DNA of 64,000 bases, taken from assembly GCF_009914755.1 (NCBI RefSeq), contig NC_060926.1. One strand, 5' to 3'. A program made the translations under genes and the position numbers. Below the pieces are notes generated by a model that had not been told where the DNA came from, searched no databases, and was given only the letters and a program-made list of their open reading frames with translations. Position 1 is the stretch's first letter; each line of letters opens with the position of its first letter. This document shows, in pieces, positions 46,911-60,112 of this stretch. The stretch is from the human T2T-CHM13v2.0 reference genome, Homo sapiens.

Positions 46911-47481
46911 GGTAATGAAGTTGTGGCGTATTTTAAGCTCTCTTTCCAGTGAACTTTTATTTTTCTTAAGTTGATGCAGATCCCAGCAGTGAAGCATGAT
47001 TTTTTTTTTTCATTTTCACAGTTATTCTCAATGATCAGCAGGGGTGACACTAGTAAGTAGCTCAGGGCGGTTGGAAGTCTACTAGGCTTTTCAAAATTAA
47101 CATGGCCAAGACAGGATTTTCTATTTCAACCCCAAACTGATTCCTTCCTCTAGCATCCCCCATTACAATAAATGACATTTGTATTCACCTAGCTGCTAAA
47201 GTACCATCTAGAGGTAATTTATTTTTCCTGTTCCCTCACGTGTTACATCTAATCTACCAACAAATCTTTGTCAACTCACCTCCAAAGCACATTCCAAATT
47301 CCTCTTTCCTTCAAGCCATTCTAATCCTTTGCTTGCACTCCTGCAAAAGCCTTCCAAGACAGCATGTGTTCTACACAGTCATTCCAGTGGTCTTTTAACA
47401 GGTAGACCAGAGCAGAGATCTCAGTCTTCCCAGAAACCTCTGGTGGCTTTCCACTGCCCTAGGGATAAGATCCAAATTCTT

Positions 47482-47858
<377 letters not shown>

Positions 47859-49540
47859 TCATCAGTGTGCTACCTGATTCTTGAGGGGTTATTAGAAAGT
47901 TGTCAGGACATATTAAAACCAAATATTTAAAGAAATGCATAACTGCAGGACATAGTCTATTTTCCATCCGGTGGTAACTCCACAATTTTCAGAGAGCAAC
48001 ACTGATGGTTATTATAACCTTTCTTAGATCCCTAAGCTTCTCTACCTGTTTTATCTCGATACTTAAAACAACCATAATTAGGTATGTTGTGGTATTATTG
48101 TCATTGTTCAGAGAAGCGCAATGAAACCAATGCAGGTTTTAACTTACCCAAGGTGATAATGATTAGTAAACTACTAATCCAAGACTGGAACTCAAGTCTC
48201 TTGTGTTCTGGATCATTGATTTTTCCTTCTGTTATTTTTTGGTAATAATTAGAGGGGGGTCAGAGTAACTCTATCTCTATAAACTTTTATCAGACTAGAA
48301 CATTTCCAGAGATTAAATAGTTTCCTTTAAGAGCTGCATGAACCAAGTATATGATGCCAGTGTTCTTCAATGCACAGACACTGCCTGGCCTACATAGGCA
48401 GAAAGTAGCCTGCTTTGTGCACCTAGGGTCAAATTTTTAAGGAATTCTATGCTGATGAATACTTGTACAGAGCCTTCAATGAAGGAATGTGTAAGAATCA
48501 GAAAAGTTGCTCATATTTCTTAGTAAAAATGAATTTTGTATTCAGCTCGTTAAGAATGTACTTGCCTGGGGATTGATGGAGGCTTATCAACAGTGTAGCT
48601 TCATACATTTCCACACACCTGGAGACTCACTGCCTCAAGGCTCATGGCTCATTTCAGAAGAGCTGTAGCAAAAGGCAGTCAGGGAGGAAAGGGATTTCAG
48701 GGGCTCAACATTCAGAGGCTCATTGACTTTTGTGCAAATGACTTGTACCTGCCTGAGTGCACATTTCTAAAGTAGAACCTGTTTCTGTTTGCTTTTATTA
48801 AAAAAATCATATAAAAATCTGCCAGACCAAGTGCACGTTAATGAGCAAAATGTCTGTAGCCAGCCATGTAGAAAAGCAAACTGTTTACCACAGAGGCTGA
48901 TAAAAACTGCATCATAAATTCTTAGTGTACAATTGTGTTTTTTTACTTCATCATGGAAAATCCCTGAAACAAATGAAGATATGTTGACATCATGTATATC
49001 AACTTCACAGTGCCTACAAGTCTGAGTCTCCTGAGTCAGTGACATGTGGAAAAATGGGCTTTGTAAGGATCTACTGGCAGCCCATAAACTCTAACTGAGC
49101 TTTTGGGGATTTCTGTAATTTTGAGGAACAGAGAAGCCTTCCATCCTCCTCACTGCAGAGAAAGGCAGAGAGGCCAGAGGCAGGGCAGCTCCAGTGCACT
49201 CACAGAGGCAGGAGGCACAGCAGGGTGGGAGACTGTGTGCAAGGAAGACAAAGGGGTCCAAGCTGGCAATGCCCTCTTTGGCCATGGTGGGAAGGTAATG
49301 AGGAAGGCAGGCCAGAGGCTGTTGTTGCGTTGGAAATCATTGGACGACAAGACTCTGACTTATTTCTCTCAGTATCTGACTATTTCCTCTTTATTGACAG
49401 GGCAGGAAGGCTGGACAGGATGCTGTAATTGTTGGGGATCGTAAAAACTACATGAGTGGCTCATGCTGAGCCAGTGCTAGCTGAAGGTCAAGTAGGGCAT
49501 CAGTCTCTCTTGATATCATATTAATTGATCTCCATTTTTT

Positions 49541-50240
49541 CTTTCTTTTTTAAAATTATACTTTGAGTTCTGGGGTACATGTGCAGAATGTGCAGGTTTG
49601 TTACATAGGTATACCCATGACATGGTGGTTTGCTGCACCCATCAACCCATCATCTACATTAGGTATTTCTCCTAATGCTATCCCTCCCCTAGCTCCCAAC
49701 CCCCTGACAGGCCCTGGTGTGTGATGTTGCCCTCCCTGTGTCCATGTATTCTCATTGTTCAACACCCACTTATGAGTGAGAACATGTGGTGTTTGGTTTT
49801 CTGTTCTTGTGTTAGTTTGCTGAGAATGATAGTTTCCAGCTTTATTCATGTCCCTCCAAAGGACATGAACTCATCCTCTTTTATGGCTGCATAGTATTCA
49901 TGGTATATGTGTGCCATGTTTTCTTTATCCAGTCTGTCACTAATGGGCATTTGGGTTGGTTCCAAGTCTTTGCTATTGTGAACAGTGCTGCAATAAACAT
50001 ACATGTGCACGTGTCTTTATAGTAGAATGATTTATAATCCTTTGGGTATATACCCAGTAATGGGATTGCTGGGTCAAATGGCATTTCTAGTTCTAGATCC
50101 TTGAGGAATCACCACACTGTCTTCTTCAATGGTTGAACTAATTTACATTCCCACCAACAGTGTAAAAGCGTTCCTATTTCTCCACATCCTCTCCAGCATC
50201 CTCTGTTGTTTCCTGACTTTTTAATAATTGTCATTCTAAC
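49541..50240 (-). mobile_element. 5'-truncated L1PA7-like element (about 700 bp)
   Basis: Same 3'UTR type as the 27.8-34.3 kb L1. TSD tgatctccatttttt at 49526-49540 and 50241-50255. Confidence 0.95.
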
Positions 50241-50601
50241 TGATCTCCATTTTTTTCTCCAGCCATATTTCACACTATACCATTCCACTATATTTTGGAG
50301 ATCGCATGGAACAATGGAAAACACATGTACTATACAGTTTTGAACTTGAAGTCTAATTTCAACGCTGAACTTGGGCACGCTACTTACACTGTCTGAACCT
50401 TAGCTTTTAATCTGTAAAGTTTTTGTTTCAGAGGTTTTGGTAAATATTAATTAACCATTAATAGAGTGCCAGCTATGTGCTAGACACTGTCTCATGAGTA
50501 CTGAGAGCCAGGATTCTCATAGAGTTTGCAGACTAGTGAGAAAGCTAGACATTAATTTAAAAAATCATGCTAATGACTGTGTGATTGCATTGTGAGAGGG
50601 A

Positions 50602-50732
50602 CCAGTGCCTATGGCTGTGCAAGTTGTGTACTGCACAACTCCAAGGGGAGCCATTTATATCATATTCTATGAAAATGGTGTTCTGTGAAGTTGTGCGGGA
50701 CATAAACTGTACAGCGGTGCATGGTAGTCCAG
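50602..50732. mobile_element. MER91-like palindromic hAT-Tip100 MITE
   Basis: Imperfect inverted arms 'ctgcacaactccaaggggagccattt...aaatggtgttctgtgaagttgtgcgg'. Confidence 0.65.
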
Positions 50733-51644
50733 TCTGCAATAAGGGCTCTGAAGGAAAGGAAACTGGCTCTGTTAGAGAATATGCAAAAGATAATTGATTT
50801 AGACTGGTGAGTTGGATAATTAAGTTAGACCTACAATTTGCTTCTGCAAGGAAATGCTACTTAAGTGGAAATGCAAAATAAATAGTAGTTTAGCGCTTAG
50901 TACTGGCCCAGACATAGTATAGAATCTATAGTGCACTTTCATTATTGTGTGTTATTTCTCCTGAAAGTGTCTCTCTTGGGTCTTATTCTCCTGATATGCG
51001 GTGTCATTGGGTAGATTCCTGAGCAAGGCAGGCTCTAGAGCTAGGAAGGGAATGGACCAGGAAGCTGACTCTCAGAGAAGGAACTCACAGAATAAATCCA
51101 CACTTTTGATATCAGGATGGAATCTGAGTTATGATTGAGCTAAAGTTGGGATGTAGTGGCTCTAGCTTGGGGTAGAGGCCGCAGATAAGGGATGAAACAC
51201 AACAAGGCCTGTGATATTATTACTGTTATCAATGACACTTCCAGGTCTGGGTCAGCTCCCAATGATGCTCTCAACCCAGGCTGTGGAAAGTAGGTTCAGG
51301 AAACTGACACTAAGATCCACAGCCTGCCTGGCTCTCTTCACCAATCTCTGATATAGGTCTTGGAGCAGGGGAAGAGGGCCAAGGCAGGAGAGGGTGAGGG
51401 GTAGGAGGAGGAAGCACCGCAATTGTGGTGGGGCTCAAAGTGGGAACTGAGCATCAAGGAGCGGAGTCTCACGGCTTGCACCTGATGAGGTAATGCCACT
51501 TTCCTAAGGCTGGAGTGAAGACTTTCACAGCTGGCTCCAGTCTGGGGAAGGAGGGGTGTCTCACCTCCCATCTAACAGCTCTGTGGGTTAACATGCTCAA
51601 CCTCTCCTGAGTCAGGTCTTTGCTCATCCTGTGACTTTGGCCAA

Positions 51645-52150
51645 CCCTGGACAGAAATCTTTGTTGGCCCCTCCAGACTTACTGTCTAGCCTTCTCCACT
51701 ACACTCTCCACGTGGAGAGGCTGGACTGCATGGATGATGTCAGTGGGTTGCCTTGCTCTTTGTCTTCTGGCTTCCACATGGGCTTGGCCAATGCGGTGAC
51801 CCATGTAAGTGATTAGAAGGAAGAGAGTGAGGTCACAGTATGCATCTCCAGCTCTCACCCCAGAAGGTCACCTCAGACTTCCTTGTCCCTTGACTAGGTG
51901 GTCACTGTTGCCTTCCAAGTGTCCAATTCTACATGATTCCCTCTTTTTGGGTTTTGATAACTGCATCCTTTCTAGCCTAGGGTTGGTGATAGTGCAGCTT
52001 CTACCAGCCATGCGTTACTGCATTTTAACTTGGTTACTGTGATTTCTTTCATTCACACTTTTTGAAGTTGTCTTTTTGCAATGCCTTCTCTCAAATAATC
52101 CCATTTTGAGATTTCCATTTGCTTCCTATTGAGAGTCTGACCCATAGAAA
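51645..52150 (+). mobile_element. LTR33-like ERVL solo LTR
   Basis: 'gaggctggactgcatggatg...tctggcttcc...ttggccaatg...gagagtgaggtca...ccattttgagatttccatttgcttcct'. Confidence 0.65.
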
Positions 52151-53798
52151 CACCCTTCCACTTCTTTCCTTAACGTGAACTTCAACACATATTTCAGGTT
52201 CTAACTGAAATGCTGCCTTTTTTCTAGAACACTTCCTACTACCCCACCTCACCACTACACACAGAATTACTTAGCCTGTACTTGGACTACCCACAACATG
52301 CCCTCCTGTGTTATGATTCTTTTTGGGTTTTATGGGTGTTATCTGTTGCATGTCTAGTTCACATTTCCCTTCTTCACACTAGGCTATGAGCTCTCCAAGT
52401 CAGGCGTGGGTCCCACTCATCTTCCTATCCCTAGTGTTTTGCTTGCAGCCTGCTCCTTCTGTGAGTTTGCTGAGGCCCAACCATGAGGAGCTGGCCAGAG
52501 CCACTGTGACTTTTTATTGGTTACATCATCCTTTTTGTTGGGACTTATGGCAGTTAATATATATAGGGCTGTGTGTGTTGGTTTTCCAGCCCTATTGAGA
52601 GTCTTGGCATAATGACATCTATGTAATCAGGGAGCCAGAGGAAGTGAGCTGATTTGATGAGACTTGGAAGAAAAATTATGCTTTGTAAACCCAATCAAGT
52701 CATGGCATAGCAACCACTGTGGATTAAAAATCTACTATGTAATATGCACATCCATTATGCATCAATAAAAAAGAAAATAATCTATGCGCTGAAAGCTGCA
52801 TTCATCCTAGTGGGGTGTCATGACTTTCACATCAGAATTTTGGAATGTTTGCAAAGAACTCTGGAAGAAACATAAGCAGAAGCAAAATGCAATTGCTTTT
52901 ATTTTGAGCCTCACGTCAAATACCTGCTATTCCCTCACAGGGTTAGGCAATCATACCAGCTCAAGAAGTTACTGAATCTTCTCTTCCCTCCTCCTTCATT
53001 TTCTTTCTTTATTCTTTCTGGCAACAGATGTCTGCAGCCTAAAATGCCAAAGTTTTATAGTAAATAAACATTTTCTTCATGCTCAGAGTTTTCTCATGGC
53101 AGGCAGAGGTGTTTGAAGCCAAGTATGACTCACAGTAAGTTTCTAAATAGTGATTTAATAAATACATAAAGTAATTTAACTTGGTTATAATTGAGAATGC
53201 AGAACTTAGGTGATGCTCCATGGTATCAAAGGCTTCCAGGCAGAGGGGGCTGCTGTCCACCGTTCAGGGCCTCTTGGTCACCATCTCCTCTAATCAGCAT
53301 GCACAGCGGAAATCCTACTGATAACAGCCCATGTCCTGGGGAACACTGATGCTGCTCAGGTCAGTGTGTCTGGGGACTCAGAGTAATTGATCCAATAACA
53401 AGTTCCAGAGCCTCCAGAACAGAGTCGTGAGTATCTGCCATCTTTTTTTCACCTACAGAAGCACAGCAAATGTCTTCATTTATTCTCTCTGGCTGAATCT
53501 TTGTAAATTCCACTCATCTTTCTTCTTTGGACTTTTTGATTAAGAATCCTGTCAGCAGAGCAATTTGATGTCCAAGGGAAGATGTTGTTTGTGAGGCATT
53601 TTTCTTCTTCTTTTTCTTCTTTTTTTTTTTTTTTGTAGTTGAAGTAGAAGATCCTTTTATGCTTGAAAACCTTTCTATTACTTTTCCCCACCATGAATGT
53701 AAAGTTAACTTTACATTGTGACAGAATGTGTTAATGTTTCTTTCCTGTGCAACTTTGCCTGCATTGCTCTGGGACTGTGCACACAGCTTTGGATTCCG

Positions 53799-53907
53799 CA
53801 GGTGCAGAAACACAGCTGCAGCTGTGTGCTCTAGGTGCAGAGGGGGCAGGGATCCCAGGTGAGGGACAACTTGCCTTCCTTGCCAAAAGGTGACTGTCCT
53901 GCACGTG
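53799..53907. promoter_or_regulatory. E-box cluster (candidate bHLH enhancer)
   Basis: CAGGTG at 53799, CAGCTG at 53813 and 53819 (inside an 18-bp palindrome), CAGGTG at 53856, CACGTG at 53902. Confidence 0.4.
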
Positions 53908-56900
53908 CTGATTGTAGGTAGGGACTGAAAAGTGACAGGGCCAAAAGCACTTTCAGAGAAACTACAGGATGAAGAGCAAATTCACAGCCTCTAAATCCCT
54001 TTTCCTAGCACTTGTTTCCTAGCCATGCCATGCCAAGCTAATTTAAATATATGAATATTAATAATGGATTTGAAAATTATTTAGCATGAACCTACTAAGT
54101 GCCTGGCACCATGCTAAGCATTATGGGTAGAATGCATAATTACATCCTGGAGAAGCTCGAGTCTAATGGAAGAGACAGATACATATACCCACAAATCAAG
54201 TAAGCACAGGGGGTATTATGGAAGTGAAAAGGAGGGTCTCCCTAATCTGGATCTGGCAGATGCTCCAGACTAAATCATAGCCATTGACTGCAGGGCTGCT
54301 GGGAGGACAAGGTCAATGTGCACATTCAGGGGGGTTGTCCTTTTGCTCTTCCTCAAGGTCTCAACCACTTGGCTTAGTAAACAGGCATTTAGTTTTCAGT
54401 CTGGTGAGATTGTCCTCTGAGGCTGATAAAATGAAAAGCCTCCAGAAGCTTCTTAAGAAAATATAATTTGAGTTAAGGCAAATACCTTAAATGATGCATC
54501 TGAACTTCAAGGAGGAGGCAGTGGTGTGCACAGGCTGCTGGAAGTCAAGGACTGTTTTTTATATTCACAAAACCCAGGGCAATGCCTGGTAAAGAAAAGA
54601 AACTCAGCACCTACTGCTGGCATAATTAGTTGGGAGTCGAGTGATCTGTGTTCTGGCTGAGTAGCATTGGATCCTTCACTTTTCCCTTATCTTTGTTTCC
54701 TTATCTAAGAAATGAGGAGTCATATTTGGAAGATCTCCAAGGACTCTTTCTCCTTTGATATTCTCTGGGTCGGCCAAAAAATCTAAAGCACCCCCACCAC
54801 CAAAAAAATCCATCCTCTCAGAGAGAAAAGAGACCCAGGGAGGCTGAAGGTACCTAGGAGGGAAAGGGCAGTTCTCTGGAGGGTATGTATAACATCAGCT
54901 CATAATGTAAAGTGAAATCAGATAAGCTCAAAGCCCAGTGTATTTTACAGTGGATAATTCATGGTTGATTGAACGGTTTGAAGATTAAATATTCAAGGTT
55001 AAGTATACATTTCCATTAAGGGGATCTATATCCCCGTGACACAGATTTTTTTTCAGTACCTCTTGTTTATGGAGTTATTTGGAACACTAAAACGCTAGGA
55101 AAAGAAGAGTGGTAATCATATTGCTTCTTGGATTTGGAAGAAAATTAAGATTAGAGGCTTGAGGATAATTTATGAAATTTGTCATAGTTGATTGACAGAC
55201 GTCAATGATGGAAATGGGATATTGCATCCCTCTTCCATCTAAGTATTGAACAGGTGAAATGCTTCCTGGCAATAAGTGATTTACCTGGAAAAAAAACAGG
55301 ACCACACACTGTTACTTATTTCTTAATCATATCCATAGTTCAATACAAAGTACCACTGTGTTCAAACTCAAAATGCTGGAGGCTCTGAATGGGGAGCCCA
55401 ATGCTACTAAACCATGTTTGTTGTCTGAATATCTCACCTAAAATTTGGCCCAGAATTTTCACTTGAATCTTATGGTGACATTTGAGGAGCTCTGAAAAAG
55501 GAAGAAGTCATGTCTCAGAGGCTCTTGCTTGCTTGCTTGCTTTTCTTCTAGATTCAGGCATGAAAGGACATGAGTTTGAAGTTTTGTCACAAATTAGGTG
55601 ATTAGTGTAGTGAGAAACAAGACAGGCGGGACAGATGAACAAAGTAGAAATATCACTAATTAAGAATTTTGCAGAGGTTGTACCAGAGAGTAATTGATAT
55701 AAGAGATGTAGCCATAAAAATATTTTGTTCAGGGACAGAGAACATAATTTTTATAGAGAGGGAGTTGGTAGGTAAGGCAGGGAAGGGCTTGGGAAGAAAT
55801 TGGAGTTCAGGATGTTAGTCATAGAGGAACAGGAAGCCGGAACCTTTACATGCATTGATTTGGAGCAGAATAAAGAAGATGGTCAAAAAAAGCTGGACCC
55901 ATGAGTTGTTTCCATCATACTCCATAGCAAATGCCACTACACTTTACGGACTCTACATACCCTTCCAACTGCCTCCAGTATTGACCTCAGAATCCAGGGC
56001 AGGCTGAAGTGGAAATCAACTAGTTACAGCTTCCAAGAGTGTGAGGTCAGGGTTTTGAATGAGCCATGCAATACCTGTATACTTAGAAAAGTCATATCTC
56101 TAAATGCCCTTGTTTCAGAGGGTTTCAGAATTTTGAGCACTCTTAAATTCTTTAGGAAGGGCTGGAATAGTTAGCTGCTCAGTGTTAATGATATTAATAA
56201 GTGTGTCATCTGTCAGGTCCACCAGTGTGAAACTGTCATCTGTGCAGATTCCACCCCACATGATTCCCTGTTGCAGTTTGCAGGCTGTAGCTCATCCTAT
56301 GCTGGAAAATAGAGAAAATGTGAGGTCTCCTGCATTTTTCTAAGGGTCTGCACAACCCTCAAGGTAAATCCATTTCCATTTCAAGTGAAATAATTACTTA
56401 GGATGAGGACAGTTGTAGTTTACAGATCAGTTCATCATTAGCTAAGCTATTGTGTATCTGATAATTCCAAAGTTATGGATTTATTTTGGGAAATGAAAAT
56501 AAACAAAAATAAAAAAGAAATGAGACCAGAATGAGTTTCATAGGCTGCCAACCATAAAAGATACCATTTGAATTTGTGAATAATGAATAAACAGGCTTTC
56601 ACTTGGATTCAATTTACTTGGTTGCTACCAACTTCCCTATGAAACATATAAGCATTAACTTACCTGCTGGTCACTTCTCAGGACACATTGAGAAATATGA
56701 CAGGAATACTAGATGGTGTCAGAAATCATTTTTAGTGTGAAAGGAGTCTACTTTATTACTTTTGAGTTTCTTACCCTTATAAAAGCCTTCAAGTCTAGAG
56801 AAATGCTGAAAATCTTCCTAAAGGAGAGCATTCAGATCAGCTAAATTAATACATGGGTAAGAAAGTTTCCATATCTGATTCTTAACACTATGATTCCACC

Positions 56901-57183
56901 CAGGGCTAGAAGAGAAACAGGGTGGGTTAGGAAGTCAGAGACTGGTTCTGGTGATGCCATTTAATAGCTATTAAATCTTAGACAAGTCTTCAAGTGTTCT
57001 GTTATCACTGGCAACTTCATAAAAGCTACTTACAGAATTGTTTTGAAAACTAAATAAATGAATATAGAGGGATATCACTAAACCATAAAGTATGAGTATT
57101 TTTAGGTCTAAATTCATTTCTTTTACATATTTAGGCTGCCTATATTAAAATGGAAAGGTACAAACACATTTTCTGTAAATAAG

Positions 57184-57552
57184 GCATTATGACTGCATGT
57201 TTGTATCCCCTGAAGTTTATACCTTGAAATCCTCACCCCTAAGCTGATGGTATTAGGAGGAGCCTTTGGGAGTTGATTAGGTCATGAGAGAGAGTTGAGC
57301 CCTCATGAATGCAATTAGTGCCCTGATTAAAGAGGCCCCAGAGAGCTCTCTTGATATTTTTTTTCCCACCTGTAGGATACAATGAGAAGTCAACAGTCTG
57401 CAACCCAGCAGAGGGCCCTTACCAGAACCTGACCATGCTGGCACCCTGATCTTGGACTTCTAGTCTGCAGAACTCATAAGAATAAATTTCTGTGGTTTAT
57501 AAGCCACCCAGTCTATAATACTTTGTTTTAACAGCCTGAATCGACTAAGACA
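57184..57552 (+). mobile_element. MLT1A-like MaLR solo LTR
   Basis: 'gatggtattaggagg...ttaggtcatgag...ccctcatgaatg...gaccatgctggcaccctgatcttggacttc...gactaagaca'. Confidence 0.88.
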
Positions 57553-57936
57553 GGAGTGACTGGGTCTATCAGGGTATTGCTTGGATGAAAAAGTTTTTTG
57601 GAAAGAGCATGCATTTCATAGGGGAATATAGGTTTCCTCATTTAAAAATTGCACCAAATGATTAAAATAGAAATCATTACCCACCATTTTTTTTCTCTTT
57701 CCTTGAATGTGAGGGAGAATAGGATGATGTAAACTATCCTAAGAGTGGCAGCCATTTCTCCAACACCATCTCTCAGCAGACAGGGTCTTTACCATAAAAT
57801 TCCTCCTGGGTCAGGCCTTTGTGATTATCAGAATTCAGGGAGCATGACATGAACCTGAAAAGGAAAATCTACTGCCATTGGCAGAATTTGTACTCCAGTT
57901 TGTACTCTGGCCTATAAACTCAGACTCACAAACAAG

Positions 57937-58322
57937 TGATGTGGGTTGGCTGTGTCCCCACCCAAATCTCATCCTGAATTGTAGTTCCCATAATCCCCAT
58001 GTGTGTTGGGAGAGATGAGGTGGGGATAAATGAATCATGGGGTAGTTTCCCCCATCGTGTTCTCGTGATAGTGAGTTCTCACAAGATCTGATGGTTTTAT
58101 AAAACCTTATATGTTTTATAAGTATGCCATCACTGGGCACTCATTCTTCTCCTTGCTGCTGCCATATGAAGAAGGATGTGTTTGCTTTCCCTTCCACCAT
58201 GATTGTAAGTTTCCTGAGGGCTCCCAGCCATGCTGATCTGTGAGACAATTAAACCTCTTTCCTTTATAAATTACCCAGTCTCAGGTATGTCTTTATTAGC
58301 AGCATGAGAATGGACTAATACA
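57937..58322 (+). mobile_element. THE1C/D-like MaLR solo LTR
   Basis: tgatgtgggttggctgtgtccccacccaaatctcat...gagaatggactaataca. Exact TSD acaag at 57932-57936 and 58323-58327. Confidence 0.93.
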
Positions 58323-59039
58323 ACAAGCGTATCTCTACATTTGAAAATTTGAGCAGCATTTGAAAATATTAAACTTTATTCTGCATAATTGTGTTCCTTT
58401 TATTTGGAAGAGAGACCATTTTGAAGATAATGAATGCTGTTGATCTTTAATTTTTCTCTCATGCTATTCTTCCCGGGACTACAGCCTACATTATTGACAA
58501 TGTCTCATTAGTCCTCATAAAAAATGATGTCCCCTGTGATTGTCTTTTTCTGAAGTTTCTCCTGAAAGAAATGAGTTTGGAACCATCTGTGAGAAATTGA
58601 AGAATTCAAAAAATTTCTAAGAGTTGAATGAAAAGAATTTACATTTTTCAGTTGGAAACAAAAATCAGCAGGGTCTCTTGAGAAACACAATCTACTGTTC
58701 ACCTTCCTCAGAGAGACGTGTGTTTGCAAAACCAAATCTGCCAACAGTACACTTCAAGGACTCTCTTGAAACTGAACCCAAGTGCATTTAAAATATAAAC
58801 TACATTTGTTGGTTTCTGTTTTTTTGCATATCATTGGGGTCATAGAATGATGAGGAATCAGGGTTCTTATTTGTTAAATGAAATGTTATTAAATTCACAT
58901 AGTAAAAGATGTCAAATAAATTTATAGGGGAGACAGAGTGAAAATGGAAATTGCAATCATTTAGGTATGAGCAATATTTTGTGTTTATTACCTGATCCTC
59001 CTCAAAGGAATTTAAGGAAATTATATAGTCTTAAAGATT

Positions 59040-59310
59040 GGAAGAAAACATTACTGAATCACACTTGAGAATGACCTGCAAGTGGGGCAAATCACCCCTG
59101 AAAGGTCGTTCTGCTTCAGCGTGAACATTGCACAATGACTGCATCTCCATCCCATTGGTAGGCAGCTTGCAGGTTAGAAGCTTCTTATATTGAGTCGAAA
59201 TTTGTCTCATTTGTTTTATCCACTTGTCCTAAATTCCACCTCACCAATATATAATTTTTTATTGTAAATTACATCCTTTCAAGAAGTCGAAGATAAATCC
59301 TTTATCCTAT
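59040..59310 (-). mobile_element. L3/CR1 3' relic
   Basis: 'gttagaagcttcttatattgagtcgaaatttgtctc...tccacttgtcctaaattc' resembles L3. Confidence 0.55.
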
Positions 59311-60029
59311 ACAAGTTTTCTTCAGAGGAATCTGAAAGGAAATTACATGTTGTTTTCCTTTATGCTTCAAATATGCTTAGTAGATGTTTGCAGTAGTCTG
59401 AAAGTCTTTCATTCTATGGATGACACCTCTGCCTTACTCTGTTATGATGAGAGTAGGCTGTTATAACTGGCTAAATGGCACATCCTCAGCCAACAGAGAT
59501 ATTGAGATGTCTGTCACAGATATAAAACAGAATTGTTCTTTTCTCCTGGATCTTTGATTTTCTAAGGCAATATATGTAATTTCAGCTCTGCTATCTCATC
59601 TTCCTAGTATCTGTTAGTGGAATGGCCACGGATGTTGAAACCTGAGAAGCCAGTTTCAGATTTTCTCTGAAGACTGAAGTCCAGTCAATTTTGGGCTTTA
59701 CATTCCCTTCTTAGTTGATAGCAATTGAAAGTGCCACTGAAGCAGCCAATGATACAATTGATCAGCTTGGACTGATCAATAACTGAGTACCTAGGGCCTG
59801 ATTTGTGTGTTAGCCTTCTAGTTTCTGAGAAAAAAATAAAACTTTCCCCTAAATAAAGACATCAGTTGGGTAGCTGAGATCAGAAACTCAAGGTCAGTGT
59901 GTGACTCAATGGCAGAGCGGTGGCCTCAGACTTCCCCTGCCTCGCTCCACTTTTGAAGTTGGTTGACTGCCCTGTGACTGTACAGAGGTCCTAATGGTTT
60001 ACCCATTGCACTGCTTTGTTTGATGTGTA

Positions 60030-60112
60030 CAGTATTCTTATTGCAATTCCCCTGTCTTGATGAATCAGCTCTATCTAGGCAGTGGGCAAGAAGAACACAT
60101 TGGGCAGTTACA
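60030..60112 (+). mobile_element. MER34/MER39-like ERV1 LTR 3' end
   Basis: 'attgcaattcccctgtcttgatgaatcagctctatctaggcagtgggcaagaagaacacattgggcagttaca'. Upstream 59610-60030 may be further LTR sequence. Confidence 0.7.

Noticed and set aside
50602-50732. Long imperfect hairpin resembling a pre-miRNA
   Set aside because: Explained by a palindromic MER91-like MITE; nothing in the sequence shows processing.
58650-58790. Possible terminal exon after atttttcag (GNKNQQGLLRNTIYC...)
   Set aside because: No recognisable protein match and no supporting upstream exons.
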